The notes beneath the pieces are model-generated. The model made no database searches and had not been told where the DNA came from. It was given only the letters and a program-made list of their open reading frames with translations. A stretch of DNA of 64,000 bases from Candidatus Multivorans sp. (lineage in GTDB: Bacteria > Acidobacteriota > Thermoanaerobaculia > Multivoradales > Multivoraceae): assembly GCA_965224025.1 (NCBI GenBank), contig OZ245033.1:2944001-3008000 (forward strand). Reading direction: 5' to 3'. The position numbers and the translations under genes are program-made. Shown in pieces: positions 1 to 10,240 of this stretch; position 1 is the first letter of the stretch, and each line of letters starts with the position of its first letter.

Positions 1-945
1 TGGAACTCCGTGGACCCCAGCTTTGAGCGTCTTCGCGGGCAGGTCGAGCGGGCTTCCCGTGTGTCCCGGATAGGCGCGGGCGCCCGGCTGAAGCCGGTGG
101 AACAATGCGTCTGGTTGTTCGCCGGACGGCCTGGGCCTCGGCAGGTCCGATATCGAGTCGCGAAGCGTGGTCCATGGCTTCCGCGGCGGCGGGAACAGCC
201 GGCTGACCGTTCCCGCCAGTCTCGCGGGAGGGTCGGGTTGGTCAAGACCGCGCGCCTCCCAGTACTCGCCCGACACCCATTGGTCGTACTGGAGCCTCTC
301 GCGAGAGTGAGTCGCCTCGGGGAAGTGCCACTCCGTGTCGAGGTCGTGCCGAAAGCCGACTACGAACACCCGTTCGCGAGTTTGCGGAACGCCGTAGTCC
401 GCCGCGTTGATCAGGCGACGGACGATCCGGTAGTGAAGCCCCTCCCGACTTCCCCGAGTATGAACGTCCTCCAGTCGGGCAAGATGATCCTCCCAGGTGT
501 CACCCGATCGCCGGGGAACGTCGGGATGCCGCAGCCGCAACTCCACGTAAGAGAGGTAGTTCTTGAAGGTCTTGCGCGTCAGCCCCTTGACGTTCTCGAA
601 CAGGAACGCGGCGGGCCGCACTTCACGAATGGCGCGGATGAACTCGGGGATCATGTCTCGCCCGTCGTCCATCCCTCGGTGTTTTCCGCCAATGCTGAAC
701 GGCTGGCATGGAGGCCCGCCCGCCACCAGTTGAGCGGAGCCGAATGATGCGTAGTCGCGTGTACGCACGTCCCCTTCGACAATGGTCCAGTCAGAGACTC
801 CCGGAACGGTGTCGTGGCGGACGTTCTCCCGAAGTGTCCTGCAGGCATCGCGGTTCCAGTCCAGGAGGGCGACGTGCTTGAAGCCGGCGGCGTGCGTTCC
901 GAGTGCGAGTCCGCCCGCTCCCGTGAACAACTCCAATGACTGCAC
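1..945 (-). CDS. dcm: DNA (cytosine-5)-methyltransferase, 3' end outside window
   Basis: Not in the ORF track because it runs off the edge. Manual translation from GTG 945 (GGAAGGAG upstream): MQSLELFTGAGG (motif I), GGPPCQPFS (IV), FLFENVKG (VI), DYGVPQTRERVF (VIII), TGSPLDLPAKTLKAGVHGVP at the edge. Confidence 0.93.
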   Translation of the reverse strand, partial: MQSLELFTGAGGLALGTHAAGFKHVALLDWNRDACRTLRENVRHDTVPGVSDWTIVEGDVRTRDYASFGSAQLVAGGPPCQPFSIGGKHRGMDDGRDMIPEFIRAIREVRPAAFLFENVKGLTRKTFKNYLSYVELRLRHPDVPRRSGDTWEDHLARLEDVHTRGSREGLHYRIVRRLINAADYGVPQTRERVFVVGFRHDLDTEWHFPEATHSRERLQYDQWVSGEYWEARGLDQPDPPARLAGTVSRLFPPPRKPWTTLRDSISDLPRPRPSGEQPDALFHRLQPGARAYPGHTGSPLDLPAKTLKAGVHGVP

Positions 946-1006
946 CTCGCGTCTCCTTCCCCGTTCCGTGGAATCTTACCCGGCCTTGGCCCGATGCCGC
1001 CCGTCC

Positions 1007-2272
1007 TCACGCCTCCCGCACCCACCGGATCAACTCCCGCAGGTTGGGGCGGTTGCCCTGACTGAGGATGCCGACCTTGTAGATCCTGCCCGCCACCCAG
1101 GCGGCGCCCCAGACGGTCACCGCCATCAGCACGATCGAGAGGGCGACCATCCAGGCGGGTACTTCGCCCATGACGGCTCGCGGGTACATCATGATTGGGC
1201 TGAAGAAGGGGAACAGGGCGACCCAGTTCATCCAGGGCATGTTGTTTCCCTGAAACGTCATCATCTGCATCATGAACGGGACGATGATCACGATGATGAG
1301 CGGCGTCTGCGCCTGACCGGCCTCCTGCAGGTTCTTGCACATGGCGCCGACCGCGGCGAACAGGCTCGAGTAGAGGAAGTAACCGAGCAGGAAGAAGATA
1401 ACGAGCAGGGCGATGGCGCCAGGGTCCGGCAGGTACTGCCGGACCTGCCCCAGCTCTTCGAGATCCGGCGCCGCGGCGATCAGGCCGGGAAGCGCCAGGC
1501 CGGCCAGCAGGGCCACGCAGCCGATCCAGATGGCTACTTGGGTGAGGCCGACGGCGCCGACCCCCACGATCTTGCCCAGCATGAGCTGCCACGGCCGCAG
1601 CGACGAGATCACCAGCTCGACGACCCGGCTCTGCTTCTCCTCGAGCACGGATTGCAGCGTCTGTGCGCCGTAGGCGAGCATCATGATGTAGAGGATGAGG
1701 CCGCCGGCGATGCCGGTGATCATCCCGGAGATGCGTTCGGCTTCGGCTTCCTCCGCTTCGGCCTCGTCGAGGCCCACGGGCTCGTACTCCAGCGAGCCGC
1801 CCTCGAACAGCCTTCGGACCGCTTCGCCGTCCTCGATCTGACTTAGACGCAGGTCGACGATTTCCTCGACGATCGCCGAACGCATCAACTGGGAACGCAC
1901 GCTTCCCGGCGGTTCCTTCGCCCGGTAGTGGAAGACGGCTTCGCTGGCCGTCGTGTCGTCGAGAAGGATGTAGGCCTCGAGTTCGTCGTCGAGCACCTTC
2001 TGGTCCAGCTCCTCGGTGCCGGTCCCGGGCGCCGCGAGTTCCACGTCGTATCCCGCCTGATCGAGGGCTTGCTGGACGCGTTCGCCGAGTTGTCCGCTCT
2101 GGTCGACGAGGGCGATCTGCCGCTCCGACTGCTCGGAGAGGAACGCCACGAAGCCAACCACCGCCATGATGCCGATCATGAGCAGCGGCATGCCCAGTGT
2201 CGAGAGGATGAACGCCCTGGTCTTCACCCGCTCCACGTACTCCCGCCGGATCACCGACCAGACCTGCTTCAC
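1007..2272 (-). CDS. ABC-2 type transporter permease (NatB/YhaP-like)
   Basis: N-terminal REYVERVKTRAF, EEKQSRVVELVISS, LMLGKIVG, multiple hydrophobic helices; overlaps the ATPase stop. Confidence 0.9.
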   Translation of the reverse strand: MKQVWSVIRREYVERVKTRAFILSTLGMPLLMIGIMAVVGFVAFLSEQSERQIALVDQSGQLGERVQQALDQAGYDVELAAPGTGTEELDQKVLDDELEAYILLDDTTASEAVFHYRAKEPPGSVRSQLMRSAIVEEIVDLRLSQIEDGEAVRRLFEGGSLEYEPVGLDEAEAEEAEAERISGMITGIAGGLILYIMMLAYGAQTLQSVLEEKQSRVVELVISSLRPWQLMLGKIVGVGAVGLTQVAIWIGCVALLAGLALPGLIAAAPDLEELGQVRQYLPDPGAIALLVIFFLLGYFLYSSLFAAVGAMCKNLQEAGQAQTPLIIVIIVPFMMQMMTFQGNNMPWMNWVALFPFFSPIMMYPRAVMGEVPAWMVALSIVLMAVTVWGAAWVAGRIYKVGILSQGNRPNLRELIRWVREA

Positions 2273-3216
2273 GACGCACCTCCCGCCGGCTGGGCCGTGT
2301 CGTCGTCGCCGGGGTCTCCGGCATGGCGCACGAAGATCTCGTGCAGCCGCGGCTCGAGCAGTTCGAACCGGCGCAGGCTGACACCTTCCGCGAGCACCGC
2401 CCCCAGAATCTCCTCCGGGCGCACACCGTCGTGCAGGGACAGGTGGAACGCGTCACCGACCTGCTCGACTTCCAGGACTTCCGGCCACGCGATCCGGGGC
2501 GCCTCGCCGTCGAACTCGACGGCCACGACACCCGTTCGCTCGCGGCGCTTCAACTCCTTGAGGTCGTCGTCGAGCACCTTGCGGGCCCGCGAGATGAGGC
2601 AGACGCGTTCGCAGAGCCGCTCCGCCTGCTCCATGAGATGAGTGGAGAAGAGGATCGTCTTGCCGCGCTCCTTCTCCTCGAGGACGATCTCTTCCAGCAC
2701 GTCCTGGTTGATCGGGTCGAGGCCGCTGAAGGGCTCATCGAGAATCAGCAGCTCCGGGTCGTGGAGCACCGTCGAAATGAACTGGACCTTCTGCTGCATC
2801 CCCTTCGACAGCGTCTGGACCTTCTTGGAGGCCCATTCGGTCAGGCCCAGGCGCTCCAGCCACTCCTCGGCCCGGGTGCGTGCCAGGGATCGTGCGACGC
2901 CGCGGATCTCACCGAAGAAGACGAGCTGATCCAGGACCTTCATCTTCTCGTAGACGCCGCGCTCCTCGGGCAGGTAGCCGACCCGGCTGCGTCTCTTGAA
3001 GTCGGGGGCGCCGCCAAAGAGCTCCACCCGGCCGCTGTCGGGCAGAAGGATGCCCATCATCATGCGGATCGTGGTCGTCTTGCCGGAGCCGTTGGGGCCC
3101 AGCAGGCCGTAGATCGTGCCGGGCTCGATCACGAGGTCCAGGTCGTCGACGGCCGTGTGGGCGCCGAACGTCTTGCGCACGCCGGTCAGGCGCACTGCCG
3201 TTCCGTTTTGAGTCAT
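2269..3216 (-). CDS. ABC transporter ATP-binding protein (NatA/YhaQ-like)
   Basis: Walker A GPNGSGKTT, LSKGMQQ signature, LILDEPFSGLD, H-loop; start reassigned to ATG 3216. Confidence 0.92.
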   Translation of the reverse strand: MTQNGTAVRLTGVRKTFGAHTAVDDLDLVIEPGTIYGLLGPNGSGKTTTIRMMMGILLPDSGRVELFGGAPDFKRRSRVGYLPEERGVYEKMKVLDQLVFFGEIRGVARSLARTRAEEWLERLGLTEWASKKVQTLSKGMQQKVQFISTVLHDPELLILDEPFSGLDPINQDVLEEIVLEEKERGKTILFSTHLMEQAERLCERVCLISRARKVLDDDLKELKRRERTGVVAVEFDGEAPRIAWPEVLEVEQVGDAFHLSLHDGVRPEEILGAVLAEGVSLRRFELLEPRLHEIFVRHAGDPGDDDTAQPAGGAS

Positions 3217-3314
3217 GAGGTCCTGCTTCCGTCCGTGGGGCGCAGAGAGGATAGCGCCCGATAGGCTGCCACGACACTCCCATAGCCTGCACAGGACAGA
3301 ACGGAGGACGCGAG

Positions 3315-4334
3315 ATGAAGAGATCACGGCGAGATCTGGTCGCGACGGCGAGCCTGGGCGTCATCGCCCTGGCCTTCGCGACGATGGCGGCGCCAGCCCT
3401 TGGCGAGGAGATCCGGCCCGGCGTCTACCGCACGCCCGACGCCCGGTTCGAGAACCTGCCCGACTTCGACTTCGAGCCCCACTACCTGGAGGTCGACGGC
3501 TACCGAGTCGCCTACCTCGACGAGGGGCCGGCCGACGGCGAACCGATTCTGCTGATCCACGGAGAGCCGACCTGGTCGTTCCTGTACCGGAAGATGATCC
3601 CGGTCCTGGTCGAAGCGGGCCATCGCTGCATCGTGCCCGACCTGATCGGCTTCGGGCGCTCCGACAAACCGGCGAGCATGGACACCCACACCTACAAGTT
3701 CCATGTCGACGCGATGACCGAACTGGTCGAGGCCCTCGACCTCCGGCAGGCGACCTTCTTCGGCCAGGACTGGGGAGGACTGATCGGCCTGCGGGTGGTG
3801 GCGGAGAACGAGGAGCGCTTCGCGCGAGTCGTCGTGTCGAACACCGGCCTGCCGGTCGGCGGGGCGGCCGGCCCGGAGGACTTCCCGAAAAACAGCGCCT
3901 TCATTCAATGGAAGCGCAGGAACCAGGCGATGATCGATCGCGGCGACATTCCCACCGGCCGCATGCTGGCGACCAACACCGGCGACCCGTCGATCGAGGC
4001 CGCCTACGATGCGCCGTTCCCCGAGCCGGCCTACAAGGCAGGCCCGCTGATCATGCCTCAGCGGGTGCCGGTCTTCGCCGACGATCCGGCGAACGAGGCG
4101 AATCGCAAGGCCTGGGAGGTGTTCGAACGCTGGGAGAAGCCCTTCCTGACCGCCTACGGCGACAGCGACCGGGTAACGCGCGGCGGCGAGAGACCGTTCC
4201 AGAGACGGGTTCCCGGCGCGCAGGGACAGCCCCACGTGACGGTCGAGGCCGCGGGCCACTTCATCCAGGAGACCCACGGCGAGGAACTCGCCCGCATCAT
4301 CAACGAGTTCATCGCCGCGAATCCTGTGGAATAG
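3315..4334 (+). CDS. Haloalkane dehalogenase with N-terminal twin-arginine-like signal
   Basis: RTPDARF start of core, HGEPTWS, GQDWGG nucleophile elbow, AGHFIQE; leader SRRDLV followed by hydrophobic stretch. Confidence 0.9.
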   Translation: MKRSRRDLVATASLGVIALAFATMAAPALGEEIRPGVYRTPDARFENLPDFDFEPHYLEVDGYRVAYLDEGPADGEPILLIHGEPTWSFLYRKMIPVLVEAGHRCIVPDLIGFGRSDKPASMDTHTYKFHVDAMTELVEALDLRQATFFGQDWGGLIGLRVVAENEERFARVVVSNTGLPVGGAAGPEDFPKNSAFIQWKRRNQAMIDRGDIPTGRMLATNTGDPSIEAAYDAPFPEPAYKAGPLIMPQRVPVFADDPANEANRKAWEVFERWEKPFLTAYGDSDRVTRGGERPFQRRVPGAQGQPHVTVEAAGHFIQETHGEELARIINEFIAANPVE

Positions 4335-4895
4335 ATGACTCCGGACCGCCGTCGTCAGATCAACGTTGCCCTGCTCCGGGGCATCAACGTCGGCGGCAAG
4401 AACAAGCTGCTGATGAGGGACCTGTCCACGATGTTCTCGGAGGCGGGGTGTGACGGCGTGCGGACGTACATCCAGAGCGGCAACGTGGTCTTTCGGGCGG
4501 GTCCGGCGTTGGCCCGCCGCGTGCCCGACCTCATCCGTGAAGCGATCGCCGCCCGGTTCGGCTACCGAGTTCCTGTGGTGACTCGAAGCGCCCGTGAGCT
4601 TGCCGCGATCCTTCGAGTGAACCCCTTTCTGGGACGCGGAGCGGATGCCGGCCAACTGCTTGTCGGATTCCTGGCGGACCTTCCGCAAGCTGCGGACGTC
4701 GACGGACTCGACCCCGACCGCTCGCCTCCCGACGAGTTCGCCGTGGTCGGTCGAGAAGTGTACTCGTACTGTCCGCAGGGGCTTGCGAGCACGAAACTCA
4801 CCACCCGGTACTTCGAGTCGAAGCTCTCTACGACCATGACCGCGCGGAACTGGAAGACGGTGATGAGGCTCCACGAGCTGGCCGGCGGTCTTTGA
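4335..4895 (+). CDS. DUF1697 family protein
   Basis: ALLRGINVGGKN, TYIQSGNVVF, TARNWKTV. Confidence 0.85.
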   Translation: MTPDRRRQINVALLRGINVGGKNKLLMRDLSTMFSEAGCDGVRTYIQSGNVVFRAGPALARRVPDLIREAIAARFGYRVPVVTRSARELAAILRVNPFLGRGADAGQLLVGFLADLPQAADVDGLDPDRSPPDEFAVVGREVYSYCPQGLASTKLTTRYFESKLSTTMTARNWKTVMRLHELAGGL

Positions 4896-5043
4896 AGCAC
4901 CGCGGACGGGACGCGGTATGCTCGCGCCCTTCTTTTTCGGTTACCTCAGCCACTACGCGGCACGATCGTGCCAGACGGCGTCGGCGTCGCCCGAGATCGG
5001 GGGCGCCGCCGGCGGAAACGGGGGCGACCTACCGGTTGGGGCC

Positions 5044-5073
5044 TTGACGAAAGCAGCTACTAGTAGCTACTTT
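5044..5073 (+). promoter_or_regulatory. Putative sigma70 promoter and operator of the TA module
   Basis: TTGACG-N18-TACTTT with palindrome AGCTACTAGTAGCT (5055-5068) in the spacer; ATG at 5081 has no SD. Confidence 0.55.
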
Positions 5074-5080
5074 CGTGGCC

Positions 5081-5380
5081 ATGAGATCCGTAGGCCTAAA
5101 GACGCTCAACAGCAAGCTCAGCGAGTACGTCCGCATCGCTGCCGCCGGCGAGACCGTGCTGGTCACGAACCGCGACCGGGTTGTTGCCGAACTCGGCCCG
5201 CCGCGTCCTGACCGGAGCCCGAGGCTGGCCGACGCGGAGTTCGCCGAGATGGTGCGGGAGGGCATCCTGACTCCACGCGCGATCGAGCCGGGGTCGCGGC
5301 CGCTGCCGAAGCCGAAGCCGATCATGAGCTTCGAGGAGCTGATGGAACTTCTCGACGACGTGAGAAGCGATCGGTTGTGA
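5081..5380 (+). CDS. Phd/YefM family antitoxin
   Basis: MRSVGLKTLNSKLSEYVRIAAAGETVLVTNRDRVVAEL; overlaps the PIN gene start. Confidence 0.82.
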   Translation: MRSVGLKTLNSKLSEYVRIAAAGETVLVTNRDRVVAELGPPRPDRSPRLADAEFAEMVREGILTPRAIEPGSRPLPKPKPIMSFEELMELLDDVRSDRL

Positions 5381-5790
5381 TCTATGTCGACAGCTCGGTG
5401 GTGCTCGCGCACCTCCTTGCCGAGGTTCGGCGGCCACCGGATCGGGTCTGGGATGCCTCGCTCGTCTCGAGCCGCCTGCTGGAGTACGAGGTCTGGAACG
5501 TCCTGCACAGGCGCTTCTGCGCGGAATCCCATGGCGAGCGGGCCAGGGACCTCCTGGAGCGCATCGATCTGCTGAGGCTTTCGCCGCCGATGCTCGAACG
5601 GGCCCTGGAGCCGTTCGACGCTCCGCTTCGCACGCTCGACGCGCTCCATCTCGCGTCGCTCGACTACCTGAGGAAGGAGCGAGGATGGCGAATCGAACTC
5701 GCAACCTACGACCGGCGGATGGCGGATGCCGCGGAAGCCATGGGCGTCGTCCTCTTCGACCTTCAGGTGGAGCCAGCCAACGGCGCCTAG
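5377..5790 (+). CDS. vapC: PIN-domain (VapC-type) toxin
   Basis: IYVDSS and LRTLDALHLAS acidic PIN motifs; follows the antitoxin. Confidence 0.85.
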   Translation: MIYVDSSVVLAHLLAEVRRPPDRVWDASLVSSRLLEYEVWNVLHRRFCAESHGERARDLLERIDLLRLSPPMLERALEPFDAPLRTLDALHLASLDYLRKERGWRIELATYDRRMADAAEAMGVVLFDLQVEPANGA

Positions 5791-5866
5791 GGCCAAGGCG
5801 CCAAGCGGTCGGCCCTGGCTGGAAGTTGCCGTGTCCCGCTTGCGCGCTACGCGCCGGTCGGACAGT

Positions 5867-6136
5867 TCAGGGGATCAGCCGCTGAAGGGCGACCACTGTT
5901 CCGACGATCACGCCGCCCTGAATCCAGAGGGCGCGGTACAGGTCGGCGCGCAAGGCGGCCATGTCGGCGCGAAGGTCGGCACGAGTCGCCAGCAGGTCGG
6001 CGCGAGTCGCCAGATCGCCGACCGCTTCGGCCATCGCTTCGTCGATCGCGCGGGCATGGGCAGCCGCCTGGCGTTCGGGGACACCGGCCTCGGTCAGGGT
6101 CTCGGCAGTGCGGAGCGTGTCGGTCGCCGCGCTCAT
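5867..6136 (-). CDS. Small coiled-coil protein with C-terminal TM helix (DUF1640/CCDC90-like)
   Basis: LTEAGVPERQAAA, repeated LATRADL, hydrophobic C-terminus. Confidence 0.6.
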   Translation of the reverse strand: MSAATDTLRTAETLTEAGVPERQAAAHARAIDEAMAEAVGDLATRADLLATRADLRADMAALRADLYRALWIQGGVIVGTVVALQRLIP

Positions 6137-6270
6137 CGCGGGACCTCGCTCTCCGAAGTCGTCGGTCGGGAGTGGTTGACGGGCATTTCTCCTCCGTCGG
6201 GGGGCGCGCGGCTACGCTAACGCGGCCCTCGGTCTCGCGCAAGCCTGACGGGCCCGGTCCCGAGGACTGA

Positions 6271-7692
6271 TCATCTCTCCGCCTGCAGTTCCCTGCCGAT
6301 CTCCAGAACGCGGTCCAGTACCTGCATGACGTCGTCCTCGGTGGTGCGGGTGTTCAGCACGCAGAACCTCAGTGAGAACCGGTCGCCGAGCCGCGTGGAG
6401 GCGATCATCGCGAATCCCGACTGGACGATTCGGTCCTGGATCTGGCGGTTCAGTTCGTCGAGGCGTTCACCCGAAACGGCTGGTTCCGCGTTGAGGCCCC
6501 GGTAGCGGAAACAGACCACGCCCAGACTCGGCGGCGCGAGAAGTTCCAGTTCGTCCTCGCGTGCAATCCTGTCCGCTGCCTCTGCGGCGATGCCGATCGC
6601 CCCGGCGATGGCTTGCCGGTGCGCGGCCAGGCCGTAGCGCTGGACCGACAGCCATACGCGGAGCGCGCGAAACGCGCGGGTGAGCTGGAGCCCGCGGTTG
6701 CAGAAGTTCACGTGCTGGGTGCCGAGATCGGTGTCCTGCATGTAGTCGGGCAGGATGCGAAAGGCGGACTCCAGGCGGGTGACGTCGCGGGCCATGAGGC
6801 AACCTGTCTCGTAGGGCTGCATGAGCCACTTGTGCGGGTCGAGCGTCACGCTGTCGGCCAGTTCAAGGCCTCGGAGCAGAGGTCGGGCTTCCGGATCGAG
6901 AACGGCGAAGCCGCCGTACGCGGCGTCGATGTGGTTCCAGAGCCCTTCCGTCCGAGCGATCTCCGCCAGCTCCACCAGGGGATCGATGGCGCCGGTGTTC
7001 GTCGTGCCGGCATTCGCCACGAGGCAGAACGGTTCCAGACCCGCCTCGCGGTCTCGGCGTACGGCTTCCAGGAGGGTCGCTGGGAGGATTCGGAATTCAC
7101 CGTCGGTGGCCAGGACCCGTATCCGGGCGGGATCGACTCCGGCAATCCGGGCGGCGCGTCCCACCGAGCCGTGGGCCTGGTCGGAGACGTAGACCGCGCC
7201 GCGCTGAGGGTTTCCGGCGGCCTCGCGCGCCGCAACGACGGCCAGCAGATTGGCGGCCGAGCCGCCGCTCGTAAACAGGCCGCCCGCGCCTTTCGGGTAG
7301 CCCAGCCAATCGCGAAACCAGTCGGTGACCGTGAGCTCGATCTGGGATGGTCCCGCGGACGCGAGCCAGGTCCCCTGGAAGACGTTGTACCCGCTGATCA
7401 GGAATCAGGCCAGCACGGAGGCCCAGGAGGGGCTGGCGGGGACGAAGGCGAGAAAGCGCGGGTGGTCGATCCGGGCCGCGAGCGGCATCACATCGCGAAC
7501 CACGGTCTCGAGCAGCGGATCGAGATCCCGCCCCTCCTCGGGAGGAGGTCCATGGAGCAACGCCTCGGTGACATCCCGCGGCGCAGTCTGGAACGCCTTG
7601 TCGTGCCCAAGTTCGCTCAAGCGCTCGACAATCGCGTCGACCACCCGGTAGCCGGACCGGCGCATTTCCTCCGGATCTTCAAGGATCGACAC
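6271..7692 (-). pseudogene. Group II PLP-dependent (aromatic amino acid-type) decarboxylase with one in-frame TGA at 7405-7407
   Basis: ORFs 7405-7692 and 6271-7164 share a frame; read-through gives HPRFLAFVP..SVLA*FLISGYN..FTSGGSAANL..HIDAAYGG..DSVTLDPHKW. Confidence 0.85.
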
Positions 7693-7811
7693 GTCTTGTC
7701 AGACCTTCCTGGCCGCACCGGTTCTGGACCGACTCGCGGCGCGGCAGCTATCGTACAGCCCTGAGAACCACTGCCCTCCGCTTCCGCCCAGGGAGACGCC
7801 TTCTCCTTCTG

Positions 7812-8387
7812 GTGTTCGGCCTCTCCATGTTCTCCTCCCTCGTTTACGAGGTGGCCTGGTCGCGCTCGCTGTCTCTGGTTTTCGGGACGACGATCTACGC
7901 CTTCACCGCGGTCCTCACGGCGTTCATGGCGGGCCTGGCCCTCGGAGCGTACTGCTTCGGAAGAGTCGCCGATCAGACGAAGACACCCGTCCTGCTCTTC
8001 GCGAAGCTCGAGTTCGCCCTTGCCGCCTACGGTGTTCTTCTCATACCTCTTTTCGACCTCACGTACCGAGTCCGGTTGGCTCTGTTCAGCCAGCTCCAGG
8101 GATCTTCCGCGATGTTGTTCATCATGTTCAGCATCGTCTTCCTTCTTCTCATCGTGCCGGCGGGAATCATGGGCGCCACGTTCCCGCTGATGACGAAGAT
8201 CTACTCCAGAAACTTCGGCCGCGACATCTCGGACGTGTATGCGGTGGACACGATCTTCGCCGGCGCCGGCGCCCTGTGCGGCGGATTCCTCTTCCTGCCG
8301 TACCTGGGCCTGTCTCAAACGATCGTGCTGGCCGCGGCACTCAACCTGATGGCCGGCTTCGTGCTCTACCAGGGGCGTGAACGATGA
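7812..8387 (+). CDS. Membrane half-module of the fused MFS/spermidine-synthase family
   Basis: LVYEVAWSRSLSLVFGTTIYA, MGATFPL; all hydrophobic; frame is open upstream to about 7761. Confidence 0.8.
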   Translation: MFGLSMFSSLVYEVAWSRSLSLVFGTTIYAFTAVLTAFMAGLALGAYCFGRVADQTKTPVLLFAKLEFALAAYGVLLIPLFDLTYRVRLALFSQLQGSSAMLFIMFSIVFLLLIVPAGIMGATFPLMTKIYSRNFGRDISDVYAVDTIFAGAGALCGGFLFLPYLGLSQTIVLAAALNLMAGFVLYQGRER

Positions 8388-10240
8388 AGCTGAGGGCGCT
8401 GCTTCTCGTTGCCTTCTTCTTCTCGGGCTTCGCCGCACTGGTGTACGAAGTCATGTTCACCAAGGGCTTGATTCTGTTTGTGGGCGGGACGGTCTACGCC
8501 TACAGCTTGATCCTGACGGCTTTCCTCACGGGAATGGGCTTCGGCAGCCTGTTGGCGAAGCGCTTCCAGAAGACGGATCTCGCCACGCTGTTCGCGTACG
8601 TTCAGCTCGGGATCGGCGCCTACGGTCTTCTGTTCGTGCCGATCCTGAACAACCTGGATGTCGCGTACCTCGAGATCTACAACATCTCGCGCGGCAGCTT
8701 CGGTGTCTTTCACTCGCTCCTGCTTCTCCTCGCCTACTTGGTCCTCCTCGTGCCGACCCTGCTCATGGGGATGACCTTTCCGGTCGTGAGTCGGTTGATC
8801 ACCCGGTCCCAGAAGATCGGCACGGATGTCGGGAAGCTGTTCTGCGTCAATACTCTGGGAGGAGTGGCCGGCGCCTTTGTGGGAGGTTTCGTGCTGCTGC
8901 CGGGGATCGGCCTGGAGAGGGCGATCCTCGTCGCCGTCGCGCTGAACTTTCTCATCTCAGCCGTGGTCTTTCTTGCTGCCGGGAAGGGCGGCAGGGTCGC
9001 CTACGGCGGCGCCTGCGCCGTTGTGTTTGTTCTTGCCGCGTCCCTGTTCGACGCGAAAGTCGATCCCTACCGCTTTGGCGTCTACCACCAGCATGGGAGG
9101 TTCGAGGCCGCGAGCGACTATCGACAGGCCCTCGCACGAGAGAGAGGAGCCGCCGGAATAGCGTTTTCCGATTTTGGGCTGTACGGCTCCGTCGTGGTGA
9201 AAGAAGAGGGCTCCGTGAAGGTACTCATGATCGACGGGAAAGTCGACGCCGGAACGGGCCTGGACGTTCCTACCCAGCTCCTCCTGGGGTACATCCCCAG
9301 CCTCATGCACGCCGATCCGAAAGAGGTGGCGATCATCGGCCTCGGCAGCGGGATCACCTTGTCCGCGGTCCAGAGTTTCCCGTCGGTGGAGAGGATCGAC
9401 GTGCTCGAGCTGAACCCGACGGTCGTCGAGGCGGCCGGGTTCTTCGAGCTGGAGAACCGGAACGCCCTCGGCGATGAACGGGTGGAACTGACCGTAGGCG
9501 ATGCGAGGGACTATCTCTCCACGACCGAGCGGACCTACGACGTCGTCATTTCGGAGCCTTCCAACCCGTGGATCGATGGTGAGGTCTTTCTCTTCACGCG
9601 AGAGTTCTACTCCGTCGTCGCCGAGCGCCTCAACGAGGGAGGACTGTTCCTGCAGTGGATCGGCGCCTACGACTTCAATCCAGAGGATCTCAAGATCTCC
9701 CTCCGAACTCTCGAGACCGCATTCCCCTACGTGCAGGCCTGGGCCGACGCCAGAGGCGTGGATTTCTTCCTGCTGGCATCGAAAGAGCCCATCGTCAGAG
9801 ACTACGAGGGAATCGCGGCCGCCATGCGGGAACCGGTCATCCGTTCCGACATGGAGGCGATCTCCGCCCTGTCGAACCGGGCGCCGTTCACGGGTCCGGA
9901 CGTCTTCTTTTCGTTCTTCGTTGCCGGCGATGAGGCTCTCGACTCCTACGCCACGGGCGCGCCGGTCAACACGGACAACCGTCCGATCATCGAGTTCAGG
10001 ACCGCAAGGAACAGAGTGGGGCGCACAACGAGCAGCCTGGGCGCCATCCTCGACCATACGAGCGACGGCGGCCCCTCGACGGCGATCTCACCTCCCGTGA
10101 CCGATCCCGTCTCGGGTGACGCTCTGTCCTTCCTGGGCTTCGCGCGAGCCTCGACATGCCTCTGGCGGAGATCGAGTACGCCTACGAATACACCACTCGC
10201 GGTGAGGACCCCACGAGCCTCCGTCTGGCGCTCGAGCTGA
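8384..10240 (+). CDS. Membrane module plus spermidine-synthase-like SAM-binding domain; probable frameshift near 10135
   Basis: LVYEVMF..MGMTFP repeat, IIGLGSGIT, GDARDYL, YDVVISEPSNPW, NTDNRPIIEF. Confidence 0.85.
   Translation: MKLRALLLVAFFFSGFAALVYEVMFTKGLILFVGGTVYAYSLILTAFLTGMGFGSLLAKRFQKTDLATLFAYVQLGIGAYGLLFVPILNNLDVAYLEIYNISRGSFGVFHSLLLLLAYLVLLVPTLLMGMTFPVVSRLITRSQKIGTDVGKLFCVNTLGGVAGAFVGGFVLLPGIGLERAILVAVALNFLISAVVFLAAGKGGRVAYGGACAVVFVLAASLFDAKVDPYRFGVYHQHGRFEAASDYRQALARERGAAGIAFSDFGLYGSVVVKEEGSVKVLMIDGKVDAGTGLDVPTQLLLGYIPSLMHADPKEVAIIGLGSGITLSAVQSFPSVERIDVLELNPTVVEAAGFFELENRNALGDERVELTVGDARDYLSTTERTYDVVISEPSNPWIDGEVFLFTREFYSVVAERLNEGGLFLQWIGAYDFNPEDLKISLRTLETAFPYVQAWADARGVDFFLLASKEPIVRDYEGIAAAMREPVIRSDMEAISALSNRAPFTGPDVFFSFFVAGDEALDSYATGAPVNTDNRPIIEFRTARNRVGRTTSSLGAILDHTSDGGPSTAISPPVTDPVSGDALSFLGFARASTCLWRRSSTPTNTPLAVRTPRASVWRSS

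Noticed and set aside
10-747. 245-aa plus-strand ORF
   Set aside because: Antisense to the methyltransferase, which has the canonical motifs
7405-7407. Selenocysteine or reassigned genetic code
   Set aside because: Not a catalytic Cys position as far as I can tell; TGA and TAG act as normal stops throughout the window
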